From: Mobula hypostoma
Taxonomy: Eukaryota
Assembly (NCBI RefSeq): GCF_963921235.1
Contig: NC_086101.1
Coordinates: 2,730,001 to 2,794,000 of the forward strand
DNA: 64,000 nucleotides
Reading direction: 5' to 3'
In this document: piece by piece, positions 1-13,340 of the stretch
Layout of the letters: the number at the start of each line of letters is the position of its first letter
Numbering within the stretch: the first letter of the stretch is position 1
Position numbers and translations under genes: made by a program
Notes under the pieces: generated by a model
Seen by the model: the letters and a program-made list of their open reading frames with translations, nothing else
Told to the model about the DNA's origin: nothing
Database searches by the model: none

Positions 1-1412
1 CGGGGAATTATAGGCCGGTTAGCCTAACGTCGGTGGTGGGGAAACTGCTGGAGTCAGTTATCAAGGATGTGATAACAGCACATTTGAAAAGCGGTGAAAT
101 GATCGGACAAATTCAGCATGGATTTGTGAAAGGAAAATCATGTCTGACGAATCTCATAGAATTTTTTGAGGATGTAACTAGTAGAGTGGATAGGGGAGAA
201 CCAGTGGATGTGGTATATTTGGATTTTCAAAAGCCTTTTGACAAGGTCCCACACAGGAGATTAGTGTGCAAACTTAAAGCACACGGTATTGGGGGTAAGG
301 TATTGGTGTGGGTGGAGAATTGGTTAGCAGACAGGAAGCAAAGAGTGGGAATAAACGGGACCTTTTCAGAATGGCAGACGGTGACTAGTGGGGTACCGCA
401 AGGCTCAGTGCTGGGACCCCAGTTGTTTACAATATATACTAATGACTTGGATGAGGGAATTAAATGCAGCAGCTCCAAGTTTGCGGATGACACGAAGCTG
501 GGTGGCAGTGTTAGCAGTGAGGAGGATGCTAAGAGGATGCAGGGTGACTTGGATAGGTTGGGTGAGTGGGCAAACTCATGGCAGATGCAATTTAATGTGG
601 ATAAATGTGAAGTTATCCACTTTGGTGGCAAAAATAGGAAAACAGATTATTATCTGAATGGTGGCCAATTAGGAAAAGGGGAGGTGCAACGAGACCTGGG
701 TGTCATTATACACCAGTCATTGAAAGTGGGCATGCAGGTACAGCAGGCAGTGAAAAAGGCGAACGGTATGCTGGCATTTATAGCGAGAGGATTCGAGTAC
801 AGGAGCAGGGAGGTACTACTGCAGTTGTACAAGGCCTTGGTGAGACCACACCTGGAGTATTGTGTGCAGTTTTGGTCCCCTAATCTGAGGAAAGACATCT
901 TTGCCATAGAGGGAGTACAAAGAAGGTTCACCAGATTGATTCCTGGGATGGCAGGTCTTTCATATGAAGAAAGACTGGATGAACTGGGCTTGTACTCGTT
1001 GGAATTTAGAAGATTGAGGGGGGATCTGATTGAAACGTATAAGATCCTAAAGGGATTGGACAGGCTAGATGCGGGAAGATTGTTCCCGATGTTGGGGAGG
1101 TCCAGAACGAGGGGTCACAGTTTGAGGATAGAGGGGAAGCCTTTTAGGACCGAGATTAGGAAAAACTTCTTCACACAGAGAGTGGTGAATCTGTGGAATT
1201 CTCTGCCACAGCAAACTGTTGAGGCCAGTTCATTGGCTATGTTTAAGAGGAAGTTAGATATGGCCCTTGTGGCTACAGGGGTCAGGGGGTATGGAGGGAA
1301 GGCTGGGTTCTGAGTTGGATGATCAGCCATGATCATAATAAATGGCGGTGCAGGCTTGAAGGGCCGAATGGCCTACTCCTGCACCTATTTTCTATGTTTC
1401 TATGTTTCTATG
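1..1412 (+). mobile_element. CR1-clade LINE family A, 3' part of ORF2 (RT) open; runs off the window start
   Basis: ORF 33..1313 with [34 protein letters not shown]; 3' UTR ending in (TTTCTATG)n. Confidence 0.95.
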
Positions 1413-1413
1413 T

Positions 1414-1636
1414 AATATCCGGACCTGCCTCTCGGTTTTTTTGCACTACCTTACTTCCCATTTTTCAATTTTTTATTTATGATTTATAATTTAAATTTTT
1501 AATATTTATTAATTTCAACTATTTTTAATATTTTTAATATTTATAATCCAGGGAGTGTGAAGCGCAGAATCAAATATCGCTCTGATGATTGTACGTTCCA
1601 GTACTAATTGTTTGACGACAATAAAGTAGAAAGTAT
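1414..1636 (+). repeat. Dispersed AT-rich repeat with AATAAAGTA tail (probable LINE 3' UTR)
   Basis: Closely similar inverted copy at about 57141-57365. Confidence 0.7.
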
Positions 1637-2207
1637 ATTACTGGCGTCTTCCGCTGTGAAAACAGCAGCTAAGTACCTAGTTCGCCCCTCTGCCACTTCT
1701 CTGTTCCCCATTCCAACCTTTCCAGCATTATTTCCAATGAACCTAGAAGAGTACAGCACAAAAATAGGCCATTCAGCTCATAATGTTGTGATGAAACAGC
1801 TTAAAAACAAATCAAGAACAGCCAAACACTAATCCCTCCTACCTACACCGTGTCCCTATCCCTCCATCTTCTTTACATTCAGGTGTCTATCCAAACGTCT
1901 CTTAAAATCCTCTGATGTATCTACCTCTACCACCATAGCAGGTCGTGCATTCCAGGCATCCTTGACTCTCCGTGCAGAAGAACTTACCCCTCAATCTTCC
2001 TCGAACTTACCCCTTCTCACCTTCAATGCATGCCCTCTGGTATTCGACATTTCAACCCTGGGAAACAGATACTCTCTGCCCACTCTATGTACGCCTCTCA
2101 TGGTCTTGTAAGACCTGCCCTCAGCAAGTTACAATACAATATGCTTTCTGGCCTCTCAATGATCCTTTCAGCATCTAAATGTTTCCTGGTCTTCCCTTCT
2201 TCTCCAG

Positions 2208-5200
2208 AACCGCACAGAAAGCAGAGCTGAGATCTCACATACAGCAAAGTATTTGATCTCTTGCACATTCAACATGGGAAATGTGGTCACTCGGGGCTCT
2301 GTTCAGTAAGGAACAGGAGTTGTAACCCAGGTCTCAGCCTCCTCTCTGTCCCGTCTCCGTCTCTCGTCCATGTCGCTCAGTGTCCACTCCGTACGTAGAA
2401 TATCTAATTCCTCGTCTTCTTCACATTCCACAGGCGCTTCGTTTTACCAATTGAGAAGACTGAGCGTTCTGCCAAAGAGTAAGTGACCGGCCGGAGTAGA
2501 ATTGAAGGCTGTAACCTGCTGAAAGAGGATCCCCTTGATGGCTTAATGAGGGCGGTTAGACAGAAACAGCCTGGCTGTTCTTGATTTGCTTTAGCGGAAC
2601 AGCGGGGCACGACAAGTCTGTCAAACGCAGGTCAGAGTTTCAAGGAGACTCAGCACCAAAGGGAGAATGGGGCAAATGCCCAGAGTAGCCGGCCGTTTGT
2701 GTGTTTGGGGAGAGAAGTTGTGTCCACGTTCCAGGGAACTCCACAGCTGGGTTGTCTGGTTCTGGCAGAAACAGAAGAAAGAGGCTTGTCATAGTGTTGA
2801 CCCTGACATTCAGTGCTGAGGGCTGCAACGTGCCCAGGCTGGTGTGTTCGAGGCTTCCACTGAGTAGCTCTGGAAGAGTTCAGGAGATCAGGTGGGAGTG
2901 AGATGGAGAGAGAGGGGGAAGGAGTGAGAGAGAGTGACAGGTAGGTGTTAGATATGGGGTCATTAATTAGACCATAAGTCCATCATACATTGGAGCAGAT
3001 AAGGCTGTTTGGCCCATCGAGTCTGCTCCACATTCCATCATGGCTGTTTTCTTATCCTTCTCAACTCCACTCTTCTGCCTTCTCCCCGTAACCTTTATAG
3101 GCATCCGTTAGTCTCGTGAGACCATGGATCTGCGCCTTGGGTGGTTTCCAGGGCGTAGGCCTGGGCAAGGTTGTATGGAAGACCGGCAGTTGCCCATGCT
3201 GCAAGTCTCCCCTCTCCACACTACCGATGTTGTCCAAGGGAAGGGCACTAGGGCCGATACAGCTTGGCACCGGTGTCGTTCGCAGAGCAATGTGTGGTTA
3301 AGTGCCTTGTTCAAGGACACAACACACTACCTCAGCCGAGGCTTGAACTAGCGACCTTCAGATCACTCGACCAATGCCTTAACCACTTGGCCATGCGTCA
3401 ACACCCCTTTCGTGCTCTGATTAATCAAGAACTTATCAACCTCTCCCTTAAACATACCCAATGACTTGGTCTGCAGAGCAATGAATTCCACAGGGTTACC
3501 AGACTTTGGCTGAAGATATTTTCCCTCATCTTTGTCCGACATGGATATCTCTCTATTCCGAAGCTGTGCCCTCTGGTCCTAAACTACCTACTGGAGCATT
3601 AATCCTCTCCACATCCACCTCATCCACTTTCAATATTCAATAGTTTTTAATGACAACCCTCTCATTCTTCTAAACCAAGCGAGTATACGTTCAGAGCCAT
3701 CGAAAGAGTCCTCATATTTTAACTCTTTCATTGCTGTGATTATTCTTGTGAAGCCCTCCTGAACCATTTGGAACGCCAGCGCAACCCTTCTCCAATAAGA
3801 GACCCCAAAACCACTCACGATATTCCAAGCACAGTCTGACCAATGCCTCATAAAGATTCAGCATTAGGTGCTTGCTTTTGTATTCTGGGCTTCTGAAAAT
3901 GAATGCTAACATTGCATTTGCCTTCCTTACCATTGACTCAACCTGCAAGTTCACCATTGGGGAATCGTGCATGAGAACTCTCACAACTCTTTGAACTTCT
4001 GAAGTTTGAATTTTCTCCACCTTTGGAAGGTAGTCCATGCCTTCATTCCTTCTACTAAAGTGCATGTCACGCAGTTCCCTACAGTGTCCTCCATCTGCCC
4101 GTTCTCCCAATCTGTCTGTTTCTCTGCAGACACCCTGTTTCGTTAACACTACTTGTCCCTCTGCTTACCTTCCTCTTGTCCACAAACGTGGCCACAAGTT
4201 TAGCAATTCTTTCATCCAGATCATTGACATAAAATCTGAAAAGAAACAGGATTCCATCACCAAGCACAGCTTCCCCCCCCCCCCCACACACACACTTTCT
4301 GTTTTCCACAGGGATCGCTTTCTTCGCGACTCCCTTGTCCACTCGCCCCTCCCCACTGATCTCCCTCCCGGTATTTATCCTTGCAAGTGGAGCAAGTTTC
4401 ACACCTGCCCTCATACCTCCTCCCTCACTACCACTCAGCGCCCCAGACAGTCCTCCCAACACTTCACCTGTGAACCTGTTGGGGTCATACACTGTGTCCA
4501 ATGCTCTCTGTGAGACCCGACATAGATTGGGAGAGCGCTTCGCCGAGCATCTACGCTCCATCCACCGGAAAAAGCGGGATCTCCCGGTGGCCATCCATTT
4601 TAATTCCACTTTCCCTTTCCCATTCCGGTGTGTCCACCCGCGGCCTCCTCTACTGTCAGGAGGAGGCCGCGCTCAGGCTGGAGGAGCAACACCTGGTATT
4701 CCGTCTGGGGATCTCCGATCTGATCAATGTCTCAAACTTCCGGTGATGCCCACCCCCACCTTCACCATTTCCATTTCCCTCTCTCACCTCACCTCCTTAC
4801 CTGCCCATCACCTCCCTCTGGTGCTCTCCCCCCTCCCCCTTTTCTTTCTTCCGCGGCCTTCTGACCTCTCCTATCAGATTCCCCTTCTTCAGCCCTGTAT
4901 GCGTTTCATTAATCAACTTCCCAGCTCTTTACTTCATCCTGCCCCCCTAGTCTCGCCTATCACCTTGAGGTTCTTCCCTCCCTCCCTTTCTTAATTCTGA
5001 CTCATCTTTTCTTTTCTCCAGTCCTGCCGAAGGGTCTCGGCCCGAAACGTCGACTGTGCTCTTTCCCGTAGACGCTGCCCGGCCTGACGAGTTCCTCCGC
5101 ATTCTGTGTGTGTTGCCTGATCTTCCGCAGTAACCCACACAGCAGTGCCTTAGAGACACCCAGGTCGGCCATACCGAAATATTATTCCGCCCCGTGCCTG

Positions 5201-6159
5201 TGACCTGCACCTGGACCACAGTACCGTATAGCCCTCTCATCCATGCACCTGTCCACATTTCTCTTACAACTGGCGAAGAAAATAGTGGAATAGCGTACAA
5301 GAGTAAGCAGGTGTTGATGAGGCTCTATGGGGCACTGGTGAGACCGCATCTTGAATACTGTGTGCAGTTTTGGGCCCCCTATCTTAGAAGGGATGTTCTG
5401 ATGTCGGAGAAGATTTACGAGGATGATTCCTGGAATGCAGGGGCTAACATATGAGGAGCGTCTGTCGGCTCTTGGATTGTATTCATTAGAGTATAGAAGA
5501 ATGAGAGGGGATCTCATAGAAACATTTCGAATGTTGAAAGGGTTGGACAGACTAGATATGGAAAGGCTCTTTCCCTTGGTGGGTGAGTCCAGGACAAGAG
5601 GCCACAGTCTTAGAATTAGAGGGTACCCATTTAAAACAGATGAGGGGAATTTTGTTTTTTAGCCAGAGGGTCGTGGATTTGTGGAATTCGTTGCCACATA
5701 CAGCTGTGGAGGCCCGATCATTGAGGGTGTTTAAGGAGGAGATTGATAGGTATCTAATTAGTCAGGCTATCAAGGGATATGGGGAAAAAGCCGGAAATTG
5801 GAACGAGACGGGAGAATAGTTTAGCTCATGGTGGAGTGGCCGAGCAGCTTCGACGGGCCGAATGGCCTACTGCTCCTTTGTCTTGTGATCTTGTGAAAAT
5901 CACGCTGCTGCTCGGGGAATTTGCATGCTCTATAACTCTAGGAACGCGTAACCCAGCGCCTCTCCACACGGTCCCGGTCAAAGGCAGCCGTTTTCACTGC
6001 AGAAGCTCAGGGTACATCCCTGCTCATCAGAACGACCCCTTCAGTAAAGGGACTGCGCTTCCACTCTCGGGAATTCTCCCCTCACCTCTCTCTGATTTAC
6101 CTTCCAGGAATGAGATCTGGTTCGTCGTCACTGGCGGGCTCAACTGTCCCATCCCGTGA
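2208..6159 (+). CDS. Putative 3' exons of an unidentified upstream gene: join(2208..2305,2434..2478,6108..6159)
   Basis: Strong pyrimidine-tract acceptors (tctccag, ttccacag with CTAAT branch site, cttccag), donors gtaagg and gtaagt; phases compatible; reads NRTESRAEISHTAKYLISCTFNMGNVVTRGSVQRFVLPIEKTERSAKENEIWFVVTGGLNCPIP*; protein not recognised. Confidence 0.45.
3098..3404 (-). mobile_element. tRNA-derived SINE inserted in an old minus-strand CR1 fragment (about 2970-4250)
   Basis: Reverse strand: TGGCCAAGTGG A box, AGTTCAAGCC B box, GTGTCCTTGAACAAGGCACTTAAC core; CCTTT TSD; copies at 45926 and 51236. Confidence 0.88.
4290..5117 (+). mobile_element. Penelope-like element 3' fragment (degenerate GIY-YIG endonuclease plus terminal repeat with hammerhead-like motif)
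   Basis: GIYPCKWSKFHTCP...HFTCEPVGVIHCVQCS and ETRHRLGERFAEHLRSI...VAIHFNS in adjacent frames; terminal motif at 5019-5056. Confidence 0.85.
5276..5895 (+). mobile_element. 5'-truncated CR1 3' fragment
   Basis: [27 protein letters not shown]; tail (TCTTGTGA). Confidence 0.88.
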
Positions 6160-6768
6160 GGCCGACGAAGACGCGTTGATTCCCCGCCCTGTTTCATGTT
6201 AAACATCGCTCTCTACACGCTGTCCGGTATTAACGCTCTCCCGTCACCAGCCCTCAGTAATCACGGCAACCTGGCATCGGCTCTCCGTGTCCAACCAGTG
6301 AATCTCATCGTGACCGCACTGCCGCAACGCGACTCTGGGATCTCCGCTATCCGTGGTCCAACGGCACTGTCGACAGAAGCGATCTCGAGATGACACGTCC
6401 CATGACGGCCTGGGGCTCCAGGACACGGTGCAGGGAGAAAGGTGCCCCGCTACATGACCCTTGTATTTCTTGGTGCAGCAGTGCGATTGGGAACGACCAG
6501 CGGCCACCCACGGCGACGCGGCTCCTCGGAGAGTGAAGACACGGGTTCATAGCAGGCGCGCTGTACACACAGGGCAGAACGGTCAGCGGATGCCAGATGC
6601 GGCGCACCTCCTGTGTGGACTAACTCTCCCGGGCTCTGGTGATGGGAAGGCTTTCTTGTGCTGCATTGTCCACCGCTCCCGATCTGGGCTCGGTACCGAC
6701 CGCACTCCCTTTCCGACTGCTGTCCCGCCGCTATATAGCCGGTACTCATCTAACTGTGCAAACTTTTC

Positions 6769-6774
6769 AATAAA
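6769..6774 (+). terminator. Candidate polyA signal of the upstream gene
   Basis: AATAAA ending about 600 nt of unique sequence after the TGA at 6159. Confidence 0.4.
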
Positions 6775-8624
6775 GCTAACGCTCCTTCCAGCACTTTGAT
6801 GCGTGTTGCTTGAGTTTCCAGCATCTGCAGAATTCCTCGTGTTTACACTCCTTACAGTATCTGGGTCTCCATCCAGTGACGTCAGAGTGGTGATTCCGCT
6901 CCGCCTGACAGCTCCTAGTCTTGTATCTCTTTAAAACCTGGAATAAGCAGGCTCGGGAAAACGTAAACGGGTCTGTCCCGTTCCAAGTTCAACTCGGATT
7001 TCCCGCCCCCACGCCCCCCCACCCGACCCGGGATGTCTCATAGTAGCACAGTCATACAGCAGGGAAACCAGCCGCGCCATGCTCAGCGCCAGACGCTAGC
7101 CCACTTACCGATAAATGTCTAAACCTTTCCAACCCGTGTACCCGTCCAACTGCGTTTTAAATTGTTTATTGCGTCTGCCTCGTGCACTTCCTGTGGCAGC
7201 CATTCGCCCTCCTAGTAGAAAGGTGCCCGTCCAGTTCGTCTTACATCTTACCCCCCTCACCCGAAACCTGTGCCCTCTAGGTCTCGATTTCCCAGCCTCC
7301 CGAAAAAGCCGGTGCAGTCACCCCATCGGTGCCCCTCACTCTCTGCAACTTTACACGGTACCCCAAGTGCGGACTCGCCAATGGCAGAGTACAACCGCAA
7401 GGTGTCCTGACGGACGAAGGTGAGCAAGTTACTCGCCTTCTTCTCCACTATGTCCACCCGTGTGACCACTTGCACTTGTGCTCCACAACACTGGTCAGCA
7501 CCCTGCGAATCATTGTCCAGGCCCCCCTCCCGTTTGAAGGGCCAAACTCATCACGTGACACGCATCGCCATTGAAATCCATTTGCTATTCCTCAGCCCAT
7601 CCCCCGATCCGATCAAAATCTCTCTGCAATTCCTTGTAATCTGTTTCAATGTCAAGTATAATTGGCAAACTTGCTAATCAAGTCACGTGCATTCATATCC
7701 AAACCGTTTTAATGTAATGAATTACAGAGGTCCTAGCTGTGATTCCTGGGGCACCCCACCAGTCACAAGCCTCTGGTCAGACAAAGTCTCTGCTTTCTAC
7801 CAACAAGCCAACCGTGAATCCACCTCGCTACGCCGCCACAGCCCCACCGCCCGAATTCCGCCCAACAGAGCCTTCTCGAGCAGCCTGACACCCGGGACTT
7901 TGTAGAAGGCTTCACAGAAGCTCATGTACAAAACATCCACTGCCCACGCAAAGCTGTGCTGACTATTTCTGATCGGCTATTGACTATCCAGGCCGTGTGC
8001 CTCAGAACTCCCCGGAGTAACTTTCTGGCAACTAACTCCAGCTCACCGGCAGGATTCCCAGGCCTGCGTTTGTTACACATTTTCAACAACGGAAGGACAT
8101 TAAACGCATTCTCGTCTTCTGCAACTGGTAGATAACTGCGAAGGAACTATCTCTACAAGAGCCACGGTTATTTCTTTTCTTGCGTTCCATAAAGTCCAGG
8201 GTTGTGCAAAATATCTCCTTGCTTATGATACTCATAATTCAAGAACTCCCTCTGTATTATCACCATTCATCTGGCACCCAAACCATTCGCCTTTATACGC
8301 ACAGCCATCACCTGCGGCTCCACACATAGGCGGCCCCGATTGTCTCAAAAAGGAAATAGTCTGTCCCTCAGCACCCTTTTGCTGTTAATATAACTGACCA
8401 TCTCTTCCACTCCGCCACTAAATTCATCACACACCCTTTCTGCGCCCCCCCCCACCCCCGATTTCGGGAAATTGAAACCTCCCACCAGCAAAACTGAGGC
8501 ATTCTCACAACTACAACATCCCACTGGCGACTGAGGCGTTTGGGGAGGGGGTGTCTGAGCACCAGGTGCCGTCCAAGCTGGTCCCATTTCCCAATGTGTG
8601 GTCCATAGACTTCTAAACCTTTCC

Positions 8625-9235
8625 CACCCTGCTCGGGGAAGAGCGGTGGCTGGAGTCTCATCTGGCTTTCAAAGAGGTTACGCCACCGGTGGGTGCTGTC
8701 GGTCATTTCTGTCCAAACCAATTGCGAGCCCCAGGACCTGTGTTTGGAATAGACCAGGCAGCGCAGGGCTATCTCCACCCCTTGATGCGCTGTCTCAGTC
8801 TGGCCATTAGATCGGGGGTGGAAACCAGACGGAAGGTTGGCTGCGGCTTCCACAAGGAAACAGAAGACCTTTCAGAAACGGGTGTGGACTGTAGTCTTCG
8901 GTGAAGACTGAGAGAAGCCGTGCAGCCTAAAAACACGTTGAACAATAAGGGTGACGGTCTCACGAGCAGATGGGAGCTTAGGGAGAGCAAGGTAGCGTTT
9001 TCCTCAGACCAGTGATTAAATCTACCGAGAGGATTTTATCGAGACTGGCCAGAGGCACAGACAGCGAACACAACAGACCCGCAGGGAGCTGGCCTGACGT
9101 CCTGTACTGGGCGCAAGTGGCAGAGGCAGAGACGAAGTCGTACATGTTGCTATTACTAGGGAGGAGGTGCTTGGGCAACTGAAAGGTTTGAAGGTACACA
9201 AGTCACCTGGACCAGATGGACAAGGGTCAGCCATT
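8625..9235 (-). mobile_element. Degenerate Gypsy/Ty3 LTR-retrotransposon integrase fragment
   Basis: FVSASATCAQYRTS..LPAGLLCSLSVP..SVDLITGL and SGFHPRSNGQTE..EIALRCLV..WGSQLVW..QPPLFP, typical of fish Gypsy integrases; frameshifted. Confidence 0.8.
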
Positions 9236-9239
9236 CAGC

Positions 9240-12200
9240 CCATCTAGACAGTACTGAAAAAATTTAAACTACCAACTCCCATCACTCTGCACCATGACCA
9301 TAACCCTCCACACCCCTACTATCCATGAACCTATCCAGACTCTCTCAACTGTTGAAATCGAGCTCACATGCACCATGTGCTGGCAGTTCAACCCACACTC
9401 TCACAACCCTCTGAGTGAAGAGGTTTCCCCTCATGTTCCCCTTCAACTTTTCACCTTTCGCTCTTAACCCATGACCTTTGGTTGTAGTCCCACTGAACCT
9501 CACTTACCCTGTCTATACCCTTCATAATCTTGTATACCTCTATCAATTCTCCTCTCAACCTTCTACATTCCAGGGAATAAAGTCCTTCCGAATTCAATCT
9601 TTCCTTATAATTTAGATCCTCCAGACCTGATAAAATCCTGTAAATTTTCTCTGTACTCTTTCAACCTTATTTACATCTTTCCTGTGGGTAGGAGACTAAA
9701 AGTACACACAATACTTCAAATTAGACATCAGTATTGTTTTATCTGACTTCAAATTTAACATCCCACTTCTGCACTCAATACTTTGACTTCTGAAAGCCAA
9801 TGTGCCAAAAACTTTCTTTATCTATCTGTGACTCTCAATGCATTCCAAGATCCCTTTGTTCTACCACAATCCTCAGAGCCCTACCGTTCATTGTGTAAGA
9901 CCTGCCCTGGTTGGTCCCACTGAAGTGTAACACCTTGAACTTGCCTGCATTAAATTCCATCTGCCATTTTCTGGCCCATTTTTTCAGTTGATCCAGATCC
10001 CTCTGCAAGCTTTGAAAGCCTTCCTCGCTGTCCACAAAGCCTCCAATCTTAGTGTCATCAGCAAACTTGCTGATCCAATTTACCACATTATCATCTAGAT
10101 CATTGATATAGACAACAAACAACAATGGTCCCAGCACAGATCCCTGAGGCACATCACTAGTCATAGGCCTCCAGTCTGAGAAGCAATTATCCACTACCAC
10201 TTTCTGTCTTCTCCCACACAGCCAATTTCGAATCCAGTTTACAACCTCTCCATGGATACCTAGTGTCTGAACCTTCTGAACTAACCTCCCACGTGGGACC
10301 TTGTCAAAGGTCTTACTAAAATCCATGTAGACAACATCCACAGCCTTTCCTTCATCTACTTTCTTAGTAACCACCTCGAAAAACTCTACAAGATTCGTTA
10401 AACACGATCTACCACGCACAAAGCCATGCTGACTATCCTTAATCAGCCCTTGGCTGTTCAAATACTTGTATATCCGATCTCTCAGAACACTTTCCAGTAA
10501 TTTACCTACTACTGATGTCAGGCTCACCGGCCTATATTTACTTGGTTTACTTTTGGAGCCTTTTTTAAACAACGGAACAACATGAGCTACCCTCCAATCC
10601 TCCTGCACCACACCCGTGGCTAAGGACATTTTAAATATTTCTGCCAGGGCCCCTGCAATTTCTACACTAGTCTCTCTCAAGGTCTGAGGAAATATCATGT
10701 CAGGCCTGGGGGATTTATCTACCTTTATTCGCTGTAAGGCAGCAAGCACCTCCTCCTCTTTAATCTCTATATGTTCCATGACACTACAGCTTGTTTCCCT
10801 TCCTTCCATATACGCTATGCCAGTTTGCTGAGTAAATACTGATGCAAAAAAAACTCCCCCATCTCCTGAGGCTCCACACATAGACGACCACCCTGATCTT
10901 CTCGGGGACCAATTTGGTCCCTTACTATCGTTTTACTCTTAATATACTTGTAGAAACCCTTTGGGTTTACCTTCACATTATCTGCCAAAGCAACCTCATG
11001 TCTTCCTTTTGCCTTCCTGATTTCCTCCTTTAGTATTTTCTTACATTTTCTATACTCTACAAGTACCTCATTTGTTCCTAGTTGTCTATACCTGCTATAC
11101 ACCTGTCTCTTTTTCTTAACCAGATCGCCAATATCCCTTGAAAATCAAGGTTCCCTACATCTATTAACTTTGCCTTTAATCCTGGCAGGAACATGCAAAC
11201 TCTGCACCCTCAAAATTTCACCTTTGAAGGCCGTCCACTTACTGAACACATCCTTGTCAGAAAACAACTCATCCCCATCCACTCTTCCTAGGTCCTTTCT
11301 CATTTCCACAAAATTGATGTTTTTCCAATTTAGAGCCTCAACTCGAGACCAGATCCTTATCCATAAAACTAATGATATTATGGTCACTGGACCCAAAACG
11401 TTCGCCTACACATACTTCTGTCACCTGACCTGTCTGGTCCCTAATAGCAGATCAAGTATTGCATTCTCTCTTGTTGATACATCTTTATATTGATTCAGAA
11501 AACTTTCCTGAACACATTGGACAAACTCCAGGCCATCTAACCCTTTCACAGTGTGGGAGTCCCAGTCGATATGTGGAAAGTTAAAATCCCCTACTATTAC
11601 AACTTTCTGTTTCTTACATCGGTCTGCTACCTCTCCACAGATTTGTTCCTCCAATTCTCTCTGACTATTGGGCGGTCTATAATACAACCCGATTAGTGTG
11701 GTCACACCTTTCCCGTTCCTCAGCTCCACCCATATAACCTCTGTAGACGAGCCCTCCGGGCTGTCCTGTTTACGCACAGCTGTGATATTTTCCCTGACTA
11801 GTAATGCCACTCCTCCCTCTTTCATCCCTCCCCCTCTGTCACGCCTGAAACAACAGAACCCCGGAACATTAAGCTGCCAGTCCTGCCCCTCCTGCAACCA
11901 AGTCTCACTAGTAGCAATAATATCATAATCCCACATGGCAATCCACGCCCTAAACTCATCTGCCTTACCTACAACACTCCTTGTATTGAAATTGATGTAC
12001 CTGAGAACATTTCTATCACGTACAAACCTTTGATTTCTGTCTATACATGCAGTCCTTGCATGACCTTTATCCTCCTCCACCTCACTATCTGCTCTAACAT
12101 TCTGGTTCCCCTCCCCCTGCAAATCTAGTTTAAACCCCCCGGAGCAGCATTAGCAAACCTACCTGCAAGGATGTTAGTCCCCCTCCAGTTCAGGTGCAAC

Positions 12201-13340
12201 CTGTCCTGTCAGAACAGGTCCCACCTTCCCTGGAACAAGGCCCAATTGTCCAGAAACATGAAGCCCTCCCTCCTGCACCATCTCCTTAGCCACGTATTCA
12301 GCTGCACTATCTTCCTATTTCTAGCCTCACTAGCACGTGGCACGGGTAGCAATCCTGAGATTGCAACCCTGGAGGTCCTGTCCTTCAACTTTGCACCCAA
12401 CTCCCTAAACTCTCTTTGCAGGACCTCCTCCTCCTTCCTACCCATGTTATTGGTCCCAACATGGACGATGACATCCGGCTGCTCACCCTCCTTCCTGAGA
12501 ATACCAAGAATTCGATCCGAGATATCGTGGACACTGGCACCAGGGAGGCAACAGACCGTCCGGGATTCTCGATCTCTCCCACAGAACCTTTTATCTGTCC
12601 CCCTAACTATCGAATCCCCTATCACTACTGCTCTCCTCTTTTCGCTCCTTCCCTTCTGAGCTGAGGGTCCAGGCTCGGTGCCAGAGACGTGACCACTGCA
12701 ACTTGTTTCTGGTAGGTCGTCCCCACCAACAGTATCCAAAATGATGTACTTATTATAGATTGGAACGGCCACAGGGGAGCTCTGCTTATTCTGTCTATTC
12801 CCTTTCCCTCTCCTGACAGTCACCCAGCTACCTGTCTCCTGACTCTTAGGGGTGACTGTCTCCCTGAAACTCCTCTCTATTTCTGCCTCTGCCTCACAAA
12901 TGATCCGAAGTTCATCCAGCTCCAGCTCCCGTTCCGTAACTCGGTTTGTCAGGAGCTGCAGCTGGATGCACCTTTTACAGGTGTAGTCATCAGGGACGAT
13001 TGTGCTCGCCCTGACTTTCCACATCCTGCAAATGGAGCACTCGACTGCCCTAACTGCTGCCTCCATTACCAACTCCTAAGTTAATTAAATTAATTAAAGG
13101 AACTTACCCGGCCTTACCTCACTGGGAGCAGGCTCGTCCTCAGCCCCTGCTCGCCGAAGCCTCTCAAGCCAAAGCCTCAAAGCTCCACTCCTACCCTGAG
13201 CCACTCACACACTGGCCGCTCCTCTTCAGTCACCCCTCCTTTCATTTGTCCCTGCCAATTACTCACTCCCTCTAATCAAATAATCAACACTCTGTTTAAC
13301 CCTTCGGTTGCCCTCCGCACTCCATTTTAAAACACACTCA
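9240..13340 (-). mobile_element. Near full-length CR1 LINE (family B): 5' UTR, ORF1 (Zn finger, coiled coil, SGNH esterase), disrupted ORF2 (APE + RT)
   Basis: ORF1 12209..13072 (CSIC..CKRC, VIGDS, HVGTNN); APE 11421..12122 (SETWL, GDFNFP); RT 9835..10881 (KFADD). Confidence 0.93.

Noticed and set aside
227..1336. Antisense ORFs over CR1 copies (also 41739..42515, 43314..43718 and others)
   Set aside because: Shadow frames of the LINE coding strand, recurring in each copy
2222..2305. In-frame TGA as selenocysteine in an alternative frame of the upstream exon
   Set aside because: A stop-free frame exists, and I saw no recognisable selenoprotein motif or SECIS
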